A DNA stretch of 33,110 nucleotides from Armatimonadota bacterium. Lineage in GTDB: Bacteria; Sysuimicrobiota; Sysuimicrobiia; Sysuimicrobiales; Humicultoraceae. Each line of letters opens with the position of its first letter. Within the stretch, counting starts at the first letter, position 1. Below the pieces are notes generated by a model, which saw only the letters and a list, made by a program, of their open reading frames with translations, did not search any database and was not told the origin of the DNA. The position numbers were made by a program, and so were the translations under genes. This document shows, piece by piece, positions 1 to 10,170 of the stretch. The DNA is taken from positions 7,463-40,572 of the forward strand of contig JBBIJB010000014.1 of NCBI GenBank assembly GCA_037446215.1, written 5' to 3'.

Positions 1-330
1 ATCACCTCCGTGCAGCACAAGCAGAGCCTCGCCGTGGTCGTGCTGAACAACAGGGCGCTGGGGATGGTCAGGCAGTGGCAGTCGCTCTTCTACCAGGGAC
101 GGCTCTCGTCGTCGCTGCTGGACAACCCCGACTTCGCCCGGGTCGCCGAGGCCTTCGGCGCCCGCGGCATCCGTGTGGAGCGCCCGGACGAGGTGGAGGC
201 CGCGCTGCGCGACGCCTTCTCCACGGAGGGCGTCCCCGTCGTCGTCGACGTGGCAACCGATCCCGAGGAGAACTGCCTGCCCATGATCCCCTCGGGGCAG
301 TCGGTGAAGGAGATGATCCTCGATGAGTGA
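1..330 (+). CDS. ilvB: Acetolactate synthase large subunit, C-terminal TPP-binding part (5' truncated by window edge)
   Basis: VVVLNNRALGMVRQWQ, NPDFARVAEAFG and EENCLPMIPSG are typical AHAS C-terminal motifs; first gene of the ilv/leu cluster. Confidence 0.93.
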   Translation: MTSVQHKQSLAVVVLNNRALGMVRQWQSLFYQGRLSSSLLDNPDFARVAEAFGARGIRVERPDEVEAALRDAFSTEGVPVVVDVATDPEENCLPMIPSGQSVKEMILDE

Positions 331-1876
331 CCCAAGGGCCGAGGCCCACTCCCAGGCCGACGAGACAGGACGAGGCGACCTCACCTTCACCTCGGACGTG
401 TTTCCCGTGGAGACGGTGGAGCTGGCGGGGCGGCGCGAGTCGTTCGTGCGGGGGGGGAGGCATCTCTTCCCGCTCCTGCCGCGGGCGCTGGAGGGCATAG
501 GGACCGTCGGCGTGATCGGGTGGGGGTCCCAGGCGCCCGCTCAGGCCCAGAATCTTCGTGAATCCCTGGACGGCGCCTCGGTCCGAGTGGTCGTCGGGCT
601 GCGCGAGGGCTCGCCCTCTCTGGGAGCGGCGCGGGAGGCGGGGTTCACGGAGCAGGAGGGGACGCTCGGGGAGATGTTCGAGGTGATCGCGCGCTCCGAC
701 CTGGCGCTGCTGTTGATCTCGGACGCGGCGCAGGCCGAGCTCTACCCGAAGATATTCCAGGCGCTTCGCCCGGGCGCTACGCTCGGCCTCTCGCACGGGT
801 TCCTCCTCGGCCACCTACGCAACGTGGGCGAGAGGCTTCCCACAGGGGTAGATGTCGTCGGCGTCTGCCCCAAGGGGATGGGGCCGTCGGTGCGGCGCCT
901 CTACGAGCAGGGCCGGCAGGCCAACGGCGCCGGCATCAACACCAGCTTCGCCGTCGAGCAGGACGTGAGCGGGCGGGCCACAGACGTGGCTCTGGCATGG
1001 TCGGTAGCGCTGGGGGCACCCTACACCTTCAGGACGACGCTCACCTCGGAGTACCTCTCCGACATCTTCGGCGAGAGGGCGATCCTGCTGGGCGCCGTGT
1101 GGGGAGTAGTGGAGAGCCTCTACAGGAGGTACTCCTCCCAGGGCCACTCGGAGCGCGAGGCGTTCGCGCACGCGTGCGAGAGCATCACCGGGCCGATCGC
1201 GCGCACCATCTCTCGTGACGGCCTCCTGGCGGTCTACGAGAGGCTCTCTCCTCCCGAGAGGGCTGAGTTCGAGAGGGCCTACGCCGCGTCCTACGGCGTC
1301 TCCAAGCCCCTGATGGTCGAGATCTACGACGAGGTCGAGTCGGGGAACGAGCTGCGCAGCGTGATCCTGGCAGGGAAGCGGCTCGCCGAGTTCCCCATAC
1401 CGCCGGTCGACGGGAGCCGAATGTGGCAGGCCGGCGCCGAGGTGCGCCGCGAGCGGCATCGCCGCCCCGGGGAGGTCCACGCCTTCACGGCGGGCATCTT
1501 CTTGGGAACCATGGTTGCGCAGATCGACCTGCTGATGGAGAGGGGGCATCCTTACTCGGAGATCGCCAACGAGTCGGTGATAGAGGCGGTTGACTCCCTG
1601 CTTCCCTACATGCACGCCCGCGGCGTGGCCTACATGGTGGACAACTGCTCTACGACGGCGCGCCTGGGGACGCGCAAGTGGGGGCCTCGGTTCGAGGCCC
1701 AGCTTACCCAGATCGCCTACCCGGCCGCCGACCAGGCGAAGCGCGCCGGCTGGGAGGACGGCGGCACGGAGGCGGCCGGCGCGGCGCTCCTCGCGGCCTT
1801 CCGGGTTCACCCGATCCACGACGTGCTCGCCAAGCTGGCCGCGATGCGGCCGTCCGTGGACATCGCCGTCCGCTGA
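323..1876 (+). CDS. ilvC: Ketol-acid reductoisomerase, long (class II, plant-like) form
   Basis: VIGWGSQAPAQAQNLRESL, LLLISDAAQA, LGLSHGFLLG, VCPKGMGPSVRRLY, SDIFGERAILLGAV, MVDNCSTTARLG; 517 aa; start overlaps the ilvB 3' end. Confidence 0.95.
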   Translation: MSDPRAEAHSQADETGRGDLTFTSDVFPVETVELAGRRESFVRGGRHLFPLLPRALEGIGTVGVIGWGSQAPAQAQNLRESLDGASVRVVVGLREGSPSLGAAREAGFTEQEGTLGEMFEVIARSDLALLLISDAAQAELYPKIFQALRPGATLGLSHGFLLGHLRNVGERLPTGVDVVGVCPKGMGPSVRRLYEQGRQANGAGINTSFAVEQDVSGRATDVALAWSVALGAPYTFRTTLTSEYLSDIFGERAILLGAVWGVVESLYRRYSSQGHSEREAFAHACESITGPIARTISRDGLLAVYERLSPPERAEFERAYAASYGVSKPLMVEIYDEVESGNELRSVILAGKRLAEFPIPPVDGSRMWQAGAEVRRERHRRPGEVHAFTAGIFLGTMVAQIDLLMERGHPYSEIANESVIEAVDSLLPYMHARGVAYMVDNCSTTARLGTRKWGPRFEAQLTQIAYPAADQAKRAGWEDGGTEAAGAALLAAFRVHPIHDVLAKLAAMRPSVDIAVR

Positions 1877-1916
1877 GGATCGATCGGATGCCGGAAGAAG
1901 AAGGAGTTGGTGCCCT

Positions 1917-2414
1917 GTGACTCAACCGCATGCCGCCACGATCTCGGTCCTGGTGAACAACCAGCCCGGAGTGCTGGTCCGTGTCGCCGGTCTGATTCGG
2001 CGGCGCGGCGTCAACATCCACAGCCTCTCGGTAGGACCCACCGAGGACCCCGGCATATCGCGTATGACGATCGTCGTGGACACGCCGCCCGACCGGACCG
2101 AGTCCTTCGCCAAGCAACTGGGGAAACTGGTGGAGGTGCTGCGGGCCACGGCCATCGACGGCATCCCGTCGGTGGATCGGGAGCTCGCTCTGATCAAGGT
2201 GGACGCGACATCGGAATCGCGCATGGAGATCATGGAGATCGCAAACGTCTTCAGAGCGGCCGTTGTGGACTTCACCGACCTCACTATGACCCTGGAGGTC
2301 ACAGGGCGCACAGACAAGGTGGACGCGATCATCTCGCTGCTGGCCAGGCACGGTATCCGCGAGATGGCTCGCACCGGGCAGGTGACGCTGGTGCGCGGCG
2401 CCCAGGACACCTGA
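1917..2414 (+). CDS. ilvN: Acetolactate synthase small (regulatory, ACT) subunit
   Basis: ISVLVNNQPGVLVRVAGL..RRGVNIHSLSVGPTE, SRMTIV, RELALIKV, EMARTG. GTG start at 1917 follows AAGGAG (1901-1906); the ORF-track extension to 1590 overlaps ilvC and is not credible. Confidence 0.93.
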   Translation: MTQPHAATISVLVNNQPGVLVRVAGLIRRRGVNIHSLSVGPTEDPGISRMTIVVDTPPDRTESFAKQLGKLVEVLRATAIDGIPSVDRELALIKVDATSESRMEIMEIANVFRAAVVDFTDLTMTLEVTGRTDKVDAIISLLARHGIREMARTGQVTLVRGAQDT

Positions 2415-2429
2415 GGCCGGAGGAGAGCC

Positions 2430-3971
2430 ATGGACGATCTGGTTCGCATCTTCGACACCACCCTGCGGGACGGCGAGCAGTCGCCCGGCTTCTCGATGGC
2501 GCCCGCCGAGAAGGTGGAGCTGGCCCGGCAACTCGAGGCGCTGCGAGTGGACGTGATCGAGGCAGGGTTCCCCATCTCGTCGCCGGGGGACCTCGAGGCG
2601 GTCCGCATGGTCGCCCAAGAGATCCGCGACGCGGCGGTGGCAGGCCTGGCGCGGGCAAGCTCGCCTGACGTTGATGCCGCGGTGGAAGCTCTGCGGCCGG
2701 CGGCGCGGCCCAGGGTGCACGTCTTCATCGCGACCTCGCCCATCCACATGGAGCACAAGCTGAGGATGCGCCCCGACGAGGTCGTGGCCGCGGCGGAGGC
2801 GGCGGTGCGCCGGGCCAGGCGGTCGGTGGACGACGTGGAGTTCTCGGCCGAGGACGCCAGCCGCTCAGAGGTGGAGTTCCTCTGCAGGATCTTCGACGCG
2901 GCCATCCGGGCCGGCGCCACCGTGGTCAACGTGCCGGACACCGTGGGCTACACCACGCCGCCGGAGTACGCCGCGCTCATCCGAACGCTCAGGGAGCGCA
3001 TCCCCGACAGCGACCGCGTAACTTGGAGCGTCCACTGCCACAACGACCTTGGGCTGGCGGTAGCCAACTCGCTGGCGGCGATCGCCGCCGGCGCACGGCA
3101 GGTTGAGTGCACCATGAACGGGATAGGCGAACGGGCCGGCAACGCCGCCCTCGAGGAGATCGTCATGGCCCTCCGCACACGGGGGGATGCCTTCGGCGTG
3201 CGCACGGGGGTCAGCACCACGCACCTCTACCGCACCAGCCGGCTGCTGACCGCCATCACCGGCGTTCCGGTTCAGCCGAACAAATCGGTGGTGGGTGAGA
3301 ACGCCTTCTCACACGAGGCCGGCATCCACCAGCACGGGGTGCTGGTGAACCGCGCCACCTACGAGATCATGCGGCCCGAGGACATCGGCCTTCCTACGAA
3401 CCATCTCGTTCTGGGTAAGCACTCCGGCCGCCACGCGTTCCGTAAGGCACTCGAGGACCAGGGCGTGCGGTTGGACGCCCCCGCGCTGGCGCGCACCTTC
3501 GCCCGCTTCAAGGAGCTGGCCGACCGCAAGAAGCAGGTCACGGTGGCGGACATCCTGGCGCTGGTGGACGAGGAGGTCCGCGCGGTGCCGGCTCGGTTCC
3601 AGCTCAGGGCATTCCAGGTCTCAACCGGCACCGGCCTTCCCCCGGCGGCCACGGTCGCCTTGGAGTCCGAGGGCGTCGTCTCGACCGAGGCCGCCACGGG
3701 TGACGGCCCGGTGGATGCGCTGTGTGCCGCGGTGAACAGGCTGACGGGGATCAGGGCACAGCTCCTGGACTACGCCATACGCGCGGTGACCGGGGGGACC
3801 GACGCGCTCGGCGAGGTCACCGTGCGTGTTCGCGCGGACGCGGCGGTGACCGCGGGCAAGGCCAGCAGCACCGACGTCCTTGAGGCCAGCGTGCGGGCCT
3901 ACCTGGACGCCGTCAACAGGCTTGTGGCCGCCCGGGAGGCGGCCCAAGGAGGCGATGCCGCGTGGGCATGA
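2430..3971 (+). CDS. leuA: 2-isopropylmalate synthase
   Basis: [55 protein letters not shown]-terminal regulatory domain with GDGPVDA; GGAGGAG RBS. Confidence 0.96.
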   Translation: MDDLVRIFDTTLRDGEQSPGFSMAPAEKVELARQLEALRVDVIEAGFPISSPGDLEAVRMVAQEIRDAAVAGLARASSPDVDAAVEALRPAARPRVHVFIATSPIHMEHKLRMRPDEVVAAAEAAVRRARRSVDDVEFSAEDASRSEVEFLCRIFDAAIRAGATVVNVPDTVGYTTPPEYAALIRTLRERIPDSDRVTWSVHCHNDLGLAVANSLAAIAAGARQVECTMNGIGERAGNAALEEIVMALRTRGDAFGVRTGVSTTHLYRTSRLLTAITGVPVQPNKSVVGENAFSHEAGIHQHGVLVNRATYEIMRPEDIGLPTNHLVLGKHSGRHAFRKALEDQGVRLDAPALARTFARFKELADRKKQVTVADILALVDEEVRAVPARFQLRAFQVSTGTGLPPAATVALESEGVVSTEAATGDGPVDALCAAVNRLTGIRAQLLDYAIRAVTGGTDALGEVTVRVRADAAVTAGKASSTDVLEASVRAYLDAVNRLVAAREAAQGGDAAWA

Positions 3972-5224
3972 CCCTGACAGAGAAGATACTCTCCTCCCGC
4001 TCCGGCGGGGGCCGCCTGCGACCGGGCGATCTGATAGAGGCCGGGGTGGACTTCTGCTTTGCCAACGACGTCACGGCGCCTCTTGCCATCCGGGAGTTCG
4101 AGAAGATCGGCGTTCCCGCCGTCTTCGACCGCCACCGCGTAGCGATGGTGCCCGACCACTACGCCCCGAACAAGGACATCGCGTCGGCGGAGCAGTGCCG
4201 CGTGATGCGCGAGTTCGCGTGGACGCACGATCTGCCTCACTACTACGAGGTGGGACGCGCTGGGATCGGCCACGTGCTGCTCGCGGAGGAAGGGCTGGTC
4301 CTGCCCGGGGAGGTCTTCATCGGCGCCGACTCCCACACGTGTACCCACGGCGCGCTGGGGGCGTTCTCCACCGGCGTTGGCTCCTCCGATCTGGCCGCAG
4401 TAATGGCCACCGGGGAGCTCTGGCTCCGTGTCCCCGAGACCATTCGCTTCGTTTTCAAGGGGAGCCCGGCCCCATGGGTGAGCGGCAAGGACCTGGTGCT
4501 GCACGTGATCGGCGAGATCGGCGTGGACGGGGCGCGCTACCGTTCCATGGAGTTTGCCGGCGAGGCCCTGCGGCACCTGAGCATGGACGAGAGGTTCACG
4601 ATAACCAACATGGTCATTGAGGCGGGCGCCAAGAACGGGATCATGGAGCCGGACGAGGTGGTCCTCGATTGGGTCGAGCCGAGGGCCCGGCGGTCCTTCA
4701 CGCCGGTCTTTCCCGACCCCGACGCGGAGTACGCGGCCGTCCGCGAGTACGACGCCGGCCGGATCGAGCCCGTGGTGGCGGCGCCTTCGTCTCCCGGCAA
4801 CGTGGTGCCCGTGCGCGAGGCGGCCGGGGTGGCCGTGGACCAGTGCTTCATCGGCGCCTGCACGAACGGGCGCATCGACGACCTCCGGGTCGCCGCGCAT
4901 CTGCTGCAGGGGCGTAGGGTGCACCCGCGCACCCGCCTGATGGTCATTCCGGCGACCCCGCGTATCTATCGTCAGGCGATGCAGGAGGGTCTGATAGAGA
5001 CGTTCCTTGATGCCGGCGCGTCGGTCAGCACCCCTACCTGCGGACCTTGCCTCGGGGGGCACATGGGGGTCCTGGCCGCCGGAGAGGTCTGCGTCTCGAC
5101 CTCCGCCAGGAACTTCGTCGGCAGGCTGGGCCACCGCGACAGCAGGGTGTACCTGTCGGGACCGGCGGTGGCCGCCGCCACGGCCGTGATGGGGCGGCTG
5201 GCACACCCGGATGAGGTGCGATGA
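3962..5224 (+). CDS. leuC: 3-isopropylmalate dehydratase large subunit (short, type 2 LeuC/HacA-like)
   Basis: GADSHTCTHGALGAF, FIGACTNGRIDDLR and CGPCLGGH (Fe-S cysteines), RNFVGRLG; 420 aa. Start could be GTG 3962 or ATG 3968. Confidence 0.93.
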   Translation: MGMTLTEKILSSRSGGGRLRPGDLIEAGVDFCFANDVTAPLAIREFEKIGVPAVFDRHRVAMVPDHYAPNKDIASAEQCRVMREFAWTHDLPHYYEVGRAGIGHVLLAEEGLVLPGEVFIGADSHTCTHGALGAFSTGVGSSDLAAVMATGELWLRVPETIRFVFKGSPAPWVSGKDLVLHVIGEIGVDGARYRSMEFAGEALRHLSMDERFTITNMVIEAGAKNGIMEPDEVVLDWVEPRARRSFTPVFPDPDAEYAAVREYDAGRIEPVVAAPSSPGNVVPVREAAGVAVDQCFIGACTNGRIDDLRVAAHLLQGRRVHPRTRLMVIPATPRIYRQAMQEGLIETFLDAGASVSTPTCGPCLGGHMGVLAAGEVCVSTSARNFVGRLGHRDSRVYLSGPAVAAATAVMGRLAHPDEVR

Positions 5225-5766
5225 TGAGCGATCCAGATGCCAGGGAGGGCTCGGCAGTGCGATTCCGCGGTACCGCCTGGAAGGTCGGGGACCACGTTGA
5301 CACCGATGCCATCATCCCGGCCCGTTACCTCGTGACCACCGACCCCACGGAGCTGGCTGAGCACTGCTTCGAGGACATGGACCCGGCGCTCGCGCGACGG
5401 ATCCGGCCCGGCGATATCCTCGTGGCCGGAGAGAACTTCGGTCAGGGCTCCTCCCGCGAGCACGCTCCCGTCGCTCTCAAGGCGGCGGGCATCGCCTGCG
5501 TGGTGGCGCGCTCCTACGCCCGCATCTTCTACCGCAACGCCTTCAACATCGGGCTGCCGCTGCTCGAGTGCCAGGACCTGCACGGGGTCACGGAGAGCGG
5601 GGACATCGTGGCGGTGGACCAGGTGGCCGGAACGATCTCCAACGAGACCCGGGGCACCGCTCACCAGGCGGCGCCCCTGCCCGAGTTCATGCGCCGCCTG
5701 GTCGAGGCCGGCGGCATCATCGAGTACGCCCGCCGAAAGGTCGCGGGCCGCCGCGCGCGGTCCTGA
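5221..5766 (+). CDS. leuD: 3-isopropylmalate dehydratase small subunit
   Basis: VDTDAIIPARYL, GENFGQGSSREHAP, ARIFYRNAFNIGLP; ATGA overlap with leuC. Confidence 0.93.
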   Translation: MMSDPDAREGSAVRFRGTAWKVGDHVDTDAIIPARYLVTTDPTELAEHCFEDMDPALARRIRPGDILVAGENFGQGSSREHAPVALKAAGIACVVARSYARIFYRNAFNIGLPLLECQDLHGVTESGDIVAVDQVAGTISNETRGTAHQAAPLPEFMRRLVEAGGIIEYARRKVAGRRARS

Positions 5767-5770
5767 GGCG

Positions 5771-7363
5771 ATGTTGAGCAGGACGTCGGTGAAGCGGATC
5801 GCCATCTACGACACAACGCTGCGCGACGGCGCCCAGGCGGCCGGCGTCTCCTTCTCCGCGGAGGACAAGCTCCAGATCGCCCGCCGGCTCGACTCCCTCG
5901 GCGTCGACTACATCGAGGGCGGCTGGCCGGGCAGCAACCCCAAGGACCTGGCCTTCTTCGAGAGAGCCCGCGCGCTCAGGTGGGACCACGCGCGGATCGC
6001 GGCCTTCGGCAGCACTCGCCGTCCGGGCGCGGCCGCGGGCGAAGACGAAGGCCTTCGCCTCCTCGCGGCGTCCGGCGCTCCGACGGTCACCCTCTTCGGC
6101 AAGTCGTGGGACCTGCACGTTCGCTCCGGTCTGCGCACGACGCTCGATGAGAACCTGGCCATGATCTCCGACTCGGTCGCCCACCTGCGGGCGGCCGGCC
6201 GCGAGGTGGTCTACGATGCCGAGCACTTCTTCGACGGGCTGCGGGCCGACCGCGACTACGCCCTGGCCACGCTGCGCGCCGCCAGGGCGGCCGGCGCCGG
6301 CTGCCTGGTCCTCTGCGACACGAACGGAGGGAGCCTTCCCGGCCAGGTGGGCGAGGGCGTGGCGCTCGTGATGCGTGAGGTCGGGGGGCAGGTGGGCATA
6401 CACGCCCATAACGACGGTGAGCTGGCGGTGGCCAACACGCTCGCCGCGGTCGCAGCCGGAGCCACCCATGTCCAGGGCACCATCAACGGGTACGGGGAGC
6501 GGTGCGGCAACGCCAACCTCTGCTCGGTAGTCCCGGCGCTTCGCGTGAAGATGGGGCTCGAGGCGCTGCACCCCGGGGCCCTGGCCCACCTGACGGAGCT
6601 GAGCCGGCTCGCCGCGGAGATGGCCAACCTGGCGCCAAACGACTACCAACCCTACGTTGGGCGGAACGCCTACACCCACAAGGGCGGGGTTCACGTGAGC
6701 GCGGTCATGACCGACCCTGCCATGTACGAGCACGTCCCGCCGGAGGTGGTGGGCAACGGCCGCAGGGTGGTCGTCAGCGACCTCTCGGGCCGGGCTACGC
6801 TCCTGCACAAGGCCGCCGAGATGGGCCTGGAGCTGGATCGGTCGCGCCCCGAGGTGCGCTCTGTGCTCGAACGCCTCAAGCAGCTCGAGCACGAGGGCTA
6901 CCAGTTCGAGGGCGCGGAGGCCTCCTTCGAGCTGCTGCTGCGTCGGAGCGTGATGGGCTACGAGCCCGGCTTCGAGATCAAGGCGTTCCACGTGGCCGTC
7001 GATCAGGTCGAGGAGGAGGGCACCGCGAGGGCGATCGTGCGAATCTCCGTTCACGGGCAGGAAGCCGGAGCCTCGGGGGAGGGGAACGGGCCTGTACACG
7101 CGCTGGACCGCGCGCTCAGGACCGCGCTGGAGAGGTTCCACCCCGAGCTGGCCCAGGTCCGGCTCGCGGACTACAAGGTCCGCGTGCTGAACGCGGAGGA
7201 GGCGGCGGCCGCGCGTGTCCGCGTCCTGATCACCTCCACCGACGGCCACAGTACGTGGGGGACCGTCGGGGTCTCGGAGAACGTGGTGCTGGCGAGCGCC
7301 CAGGCGCTCGCGGACGGCCTGGAGTACGCGCTGATGACGCGCGCGCTCCAGACCGCACGGTAG
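5771..7363 (+). CDS. cimA: Citramalate synthase (LeuA-related, bacterial CimA family)
   Basis: IYDTTLRDGAQ, IEGGWPGSNPKD, FGKSWDLHV, DAEHFFDG, LCDTNGG, HKGGVH, GYQFEGAEASFELL, GNGPVHALD; distinct from the LeuA upstream. Confidence 0.9.
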   Translation: MLSRTSVKRIAIYDTTLRDGAQAAGVSFSAEDKLQIARRLDSLGVDYIEGGWPGSNPKDLAFFERARALRWDHARIAAFGSTRRPGAAAGEDEGLRLLAASGAPTVTLFGKSWDLHVRSGLRTTLDENLAMISDSVAHLRAAGREVVYDAEHFFDGLRADRDYALATLRAARAAGAGCLVLCDTNGGSLPGQVGEGVALVMREVGGQVGIHAHNDGELAVANTLAAVAAGATHVQGTINGYGERCGNANLCSVVPALRVKMGLEALHPGALAHLTELSRLAAEMANLAPNDYQPYVGRNAYTHKGGVHVSAVMTDPAMYEHVPPEVVGNGRRVVVSDLSGRATLLHKAAEMGLELDRSRPEVRSVLERLKQLEHEGYQFEGAEASFELLLRRSVMGYEPGFEIKAFHVAVDQVEEEGTARAIVRISVHGQEAGASGEGNGPVHALDRALRTALERFHPELAQVRLADYKVRVLNAEEAAAARVRVLITSTDGHSTWGTVGVSENVVLASAQALADGLEYALMTRALQTAR

Positions 7364-7370
7364 GCCCTCG

Positions 7371-8459
7371 ATGCGTGCGCGAATCGTCGTCTTGCCCGGA
7401 GACGGGATAGGGCCGGAGGTCACCGGCGAGGCGGTGAAGGTCCTCCAGACGGTCGCCCGCCGCTTCGGCCACTCCTTCGACTTCCAGGCGGCACGCTTTG
7501 GAGGCGAGGCGCTGGGGGCCGGGCTTGCGCCGCTGCCTCCCGAGACCCTGGACGCCTGCCGCGGCGCGGACGCGGTGCTGCTTGGAGCGATAGGCGGCCC
7601 CGAGTGGGACGGCCTGCCGCCCCAGCAGCGGCCGGAGGCAGGACTGCTGGCACTGCGCAGGGAGCTCGGCCTCTACGCCAATCTCCGGCCCGTGCGGGCG
7701 TGCGAAGCCCTTCTAGGCGAGGCCCCGCTGCGGGCCGACCTCCTGAGGGGCACCGACCTCCTGATAGTCCGCGAGCTGACCGGCGGGCTCTACTTCGGAG
7801 AGCCGCGCGGCCGCACCCTGCGTGACGGCCGCAGGACGGCCGTCGACACCCTGACCTACAACGAGGACGAGGTTGCGCGCATCGCCCGCGTGGCGTTCGA
7901 GGCCGCCGCAAGACGCCGTCGCCGCGTGACGTCGGTGGACAAGGCCAACGTCCTTCACTCGTCGCAGTTGTGGCGGGAGGTGGTCTGCGAGATCGCCGGG
8001 GAGTGGCCCGACGTGGCGCTTGACCACCTGCTGGTGGACAACGCGGCCATGGCGCTGGTGCGGCGCCCTGCCGAGTTCGATGTCATCGTGACCGAGAACA
8101 TGTTTGGCGACATACTCAGCGATCAGGCGGCGGGCCTCGTAGGATCGCTCGGGCTGCTGCCGTCCGCGAGCCTCGGCGCCGACGGCCCTTCGCTCTACGA
8201 GCCGGTGCACGGGACCGCTCCCGACATCGCGGGGCGGGGGATTGCCAATCCCATAGGTGCCATCCTCAGCGCCGCGCTTCTGCTGCGCTTCGCCCTCGGC
8301 CTGGGCGAGGAGGCCTCTATGGTAGAGGCCGCGGTGGACCGGGCCCTGGCCGGGGGGGCGCGCACGGCCGACCTCGCCGGAGGCGGCCCGGCGATCTCGA
8401 CCACGGGGTTTGGTGACAGGGTGGCGGATCTTGTAGCACGGGCCGTCGATCGCGGCTGA
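7371..8459 (+). CDS. leuB: 3-isopropylmalate dehydrogenase
   Basis: [56 protein letters not shown]. Confidence 0.96.
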   Translation: MRARIVVLPGDGIGPEVTGEAVKVLQTVARRFGHSFDFQAARFGGEALGAGLAPLPPETLDACRGADAVLLGAIGGPEWDGLPPQQRPEAGLLALRRELGLYANLRPVRACEALLGEAPLRADLLRGTDLLIVRELTGGLYFGEPRGRTLRDGRRTAVDTLTYNEDEVARIARVAFEAAARRRRRVTSVDKANVLHSSQLWREVVCEIAGEWPDVALDHLLVDNAAMALVRRPAEFDVIVTENMFGDILSDQAAGLVGSLGLLPSASLGADGPSLYEPVHGTAPDIAGRGIANPIGAILSAALLLRFALGLGEEASMVEAAVDRALAGGARTADLAGGGPAISTTGFGDRVADLVARAVDRG

Positions 8460-8476
8460 CGTCAGGAGGAAGAGCG

Positions 8477-10138
8477 ATGCGGAGCGATGTGTTGAAATCC
8501 GGGGCGCACCGAGCAGGTGCGCGGGCGATGCTGCGCGCCGTGGGCCTCGGCGACGAGGAGTTCAAGAAGCCGTTCGTCGGGGTGGTCAACACCTGGACCG
8601 ACGGCATGCCCTGCAACATCCACCTCCGTGACCTCGCCGCCGATCTGAAGGAAGGGCTGCGCGAGGCGGGGTTGGTGCCGTTCGAGTTCGGCGCCCCCGC
8701 CATCGCTGACGGAATTGCGATGGGCACGCAGGGGATGCGGGCGAGCCTCGTAAGCCGCGAGGTCATCGCCGACAGCGTGGAGATCGTGGCCCAGGGCTAT
8801 CTCTACGATGCGATGGTCGCCGTCGTCGGGTGCGACAAGACGATCCCCGGCGGGGCGATGGGCGTGATCCGCAGCGGCGTGCCCGGGCTCGTGCTCTACG
8901 GCGGCTCGATCGCGCCCGGCACGCTCGGGGACAGGAAGCTGACCATCGTCGAGGTCTACGAGGCCGTGGGGGAGCTCGCCGCGGGCAGGATCGACGACTC
9001 CCAGTTCGCCGCGATAGAGCGCCGCGCGATCCCCGGGCCCGGGGCGTGCGGCGGCCAGTTCACCGCGAACACGATGGCCATGGTCCTGGAGGTTCTGGGG
9101 CTGTCTCCCATGGGCTACAACGGAATCCCGGCCATCCTTCCAGAGAAGCGCACCGCCGTACGCCAGGCCGCGCGCGTGCTCGAGGAGGCACTGCGCGACA
9201 ACCGGACCCCGCGTGACTTCCTCACGCGCGCCTCGTTCCTGAATGCCGTCGCGGCGGTCTCCGCGACCGGCGGTTCCACCAACGCCGTGCTTCACCTCCT
9301 GGCGATGGCGCGCGAGGCCGGTGTGACGCTATCGCTCGACGACTTCGACGAGGTGAGCCGGAGGACGCCGGTGATGGCCGATCTTCGCCCCTGGGGCACC
9401 TACACCGCGTGGGAGCTCTACGAGGCGGGAGGAACGCCCCTCGTCGTGAGGCGCCTGCTTGAGGCCGGGCTGCTCGACGGGGAGCAGAGGACCGTCACCG
9501 GCAGAACACTGGCCGAGGAGGTGGAGGGGGCCCATGAGACCCCGGGCCAGCGGGTGGTGTGTGCGCCCGGCCGACCGCTGAAGCCGCACGGGGGTCTGGT
9601 GATCCTGCACGGCTCTCTCGCCCCGGACGGCGCGGTGCTCAAGGTGGCGGGAACGGAGCGCACCCGCATGCGCGGAACGGCCAGGGTGTTCGACGGCGAG
9701 GAGGCCGCGCTAGGGGCCATCCTGGACAAGCAGATCAGGCCCGGGGACGTCGTGGTGATCCGCAACGAAGGGCCCCGGGGCGCGCCCGGGATGCCCGAGA
9801 TGCTGGCAGTGACGGCTGCCATCGTCGGTGAGGGGCTGGGGCCCGAGGTGGCGCTGGTCACCGACGGCCGCTTCTCAGGGGGCACGCGCGGCCTGATGAT
9901 CGGTCATGTCGCGCCCGAGGCACACGTCGGCGGCCCCATCGCGCTCGTACGCACAGGGGATACCATAGAGATCGATGTCGAGGGCCGTATGGTCAACCTG
10001 GAGGTCGACGGCGAGGAGATCGCACGCCGCCGGGCGGCCTGGCAGCCGCCATCGGCCAAGTACAGCCACGGCGTCTTCGCCAGGTACGCGGCCCAGGTCG
10101 GCTCGGCGAGCGAGGGCGCGGTGCTGAGCGCTTGCTGA
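8477..10138 (+). CDS. ilvD: Dihydroxy-acid dehydratase
   Basis: [67 protein letters not shown]. Confidence 0.96.
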   Translation: MRSDVLKSGAHRAGARAMLRAVGLGDEEFKKPFVGVVNTWTDGMPCNIHLRDLAADLKEGLREAGLVPFEFGAPAIADGIAMGTQGMRASLVSREVIADSVEIVAQGYLYDAMVAVVGCDKTIPGGAMGVIRSGVPGLVLYGGSIAPGTLGDRKLTIVEVYEAVGELAAGRIDDSQFAAIERRAIPGPGACGGQFTANTMAMVLEVLGLSPMGYNGIPAILPEKRTAVRQAARVLEEALRDNRTPRDFLTRASFLNAVAAVSATGGSTNAVLHLLAMAREAGVTLSLDDFDEVSRRTPVMADLRPWGTYTAWELYEAGGTPLVVRRLLEAGLLDGEQRTVTGRTLAEEVEGAHETPGQRVVCAPGRPLKPHGGLVILHGSLAPDGAVLKVAGTERTRMRGTARVFDGEEAALGAILDKQIRPGDVVVIRNEGPRGAPGMPEMLAVTAAIVGEGLGPEVALVTDGRFSGGTRGLMIGHVAPEAHVGGPIALVRTGDTIEIDVEGRMVNLEVDGEEIARRRAAWQPPSAKYSHGVFARYAAQVGSASEGAVLSAC

Positions 10139-10170
10139 TCTAGGGCGGGGACCGGGACTGCTACATGCCG

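Noticed and set aside
3962..5766. LeuC/LeuD as homoaconitase (AAA lysine pathway)
   Set aside because: They are flanked by leuA, cimA and leuB, and the small-subunit loop is YLVT, not YLRT.
10139..10170. Intrinsic terminator between convergent ilvD and HAD genes
   Set aside because: No convincing stem-loop or U-tract on either strand.
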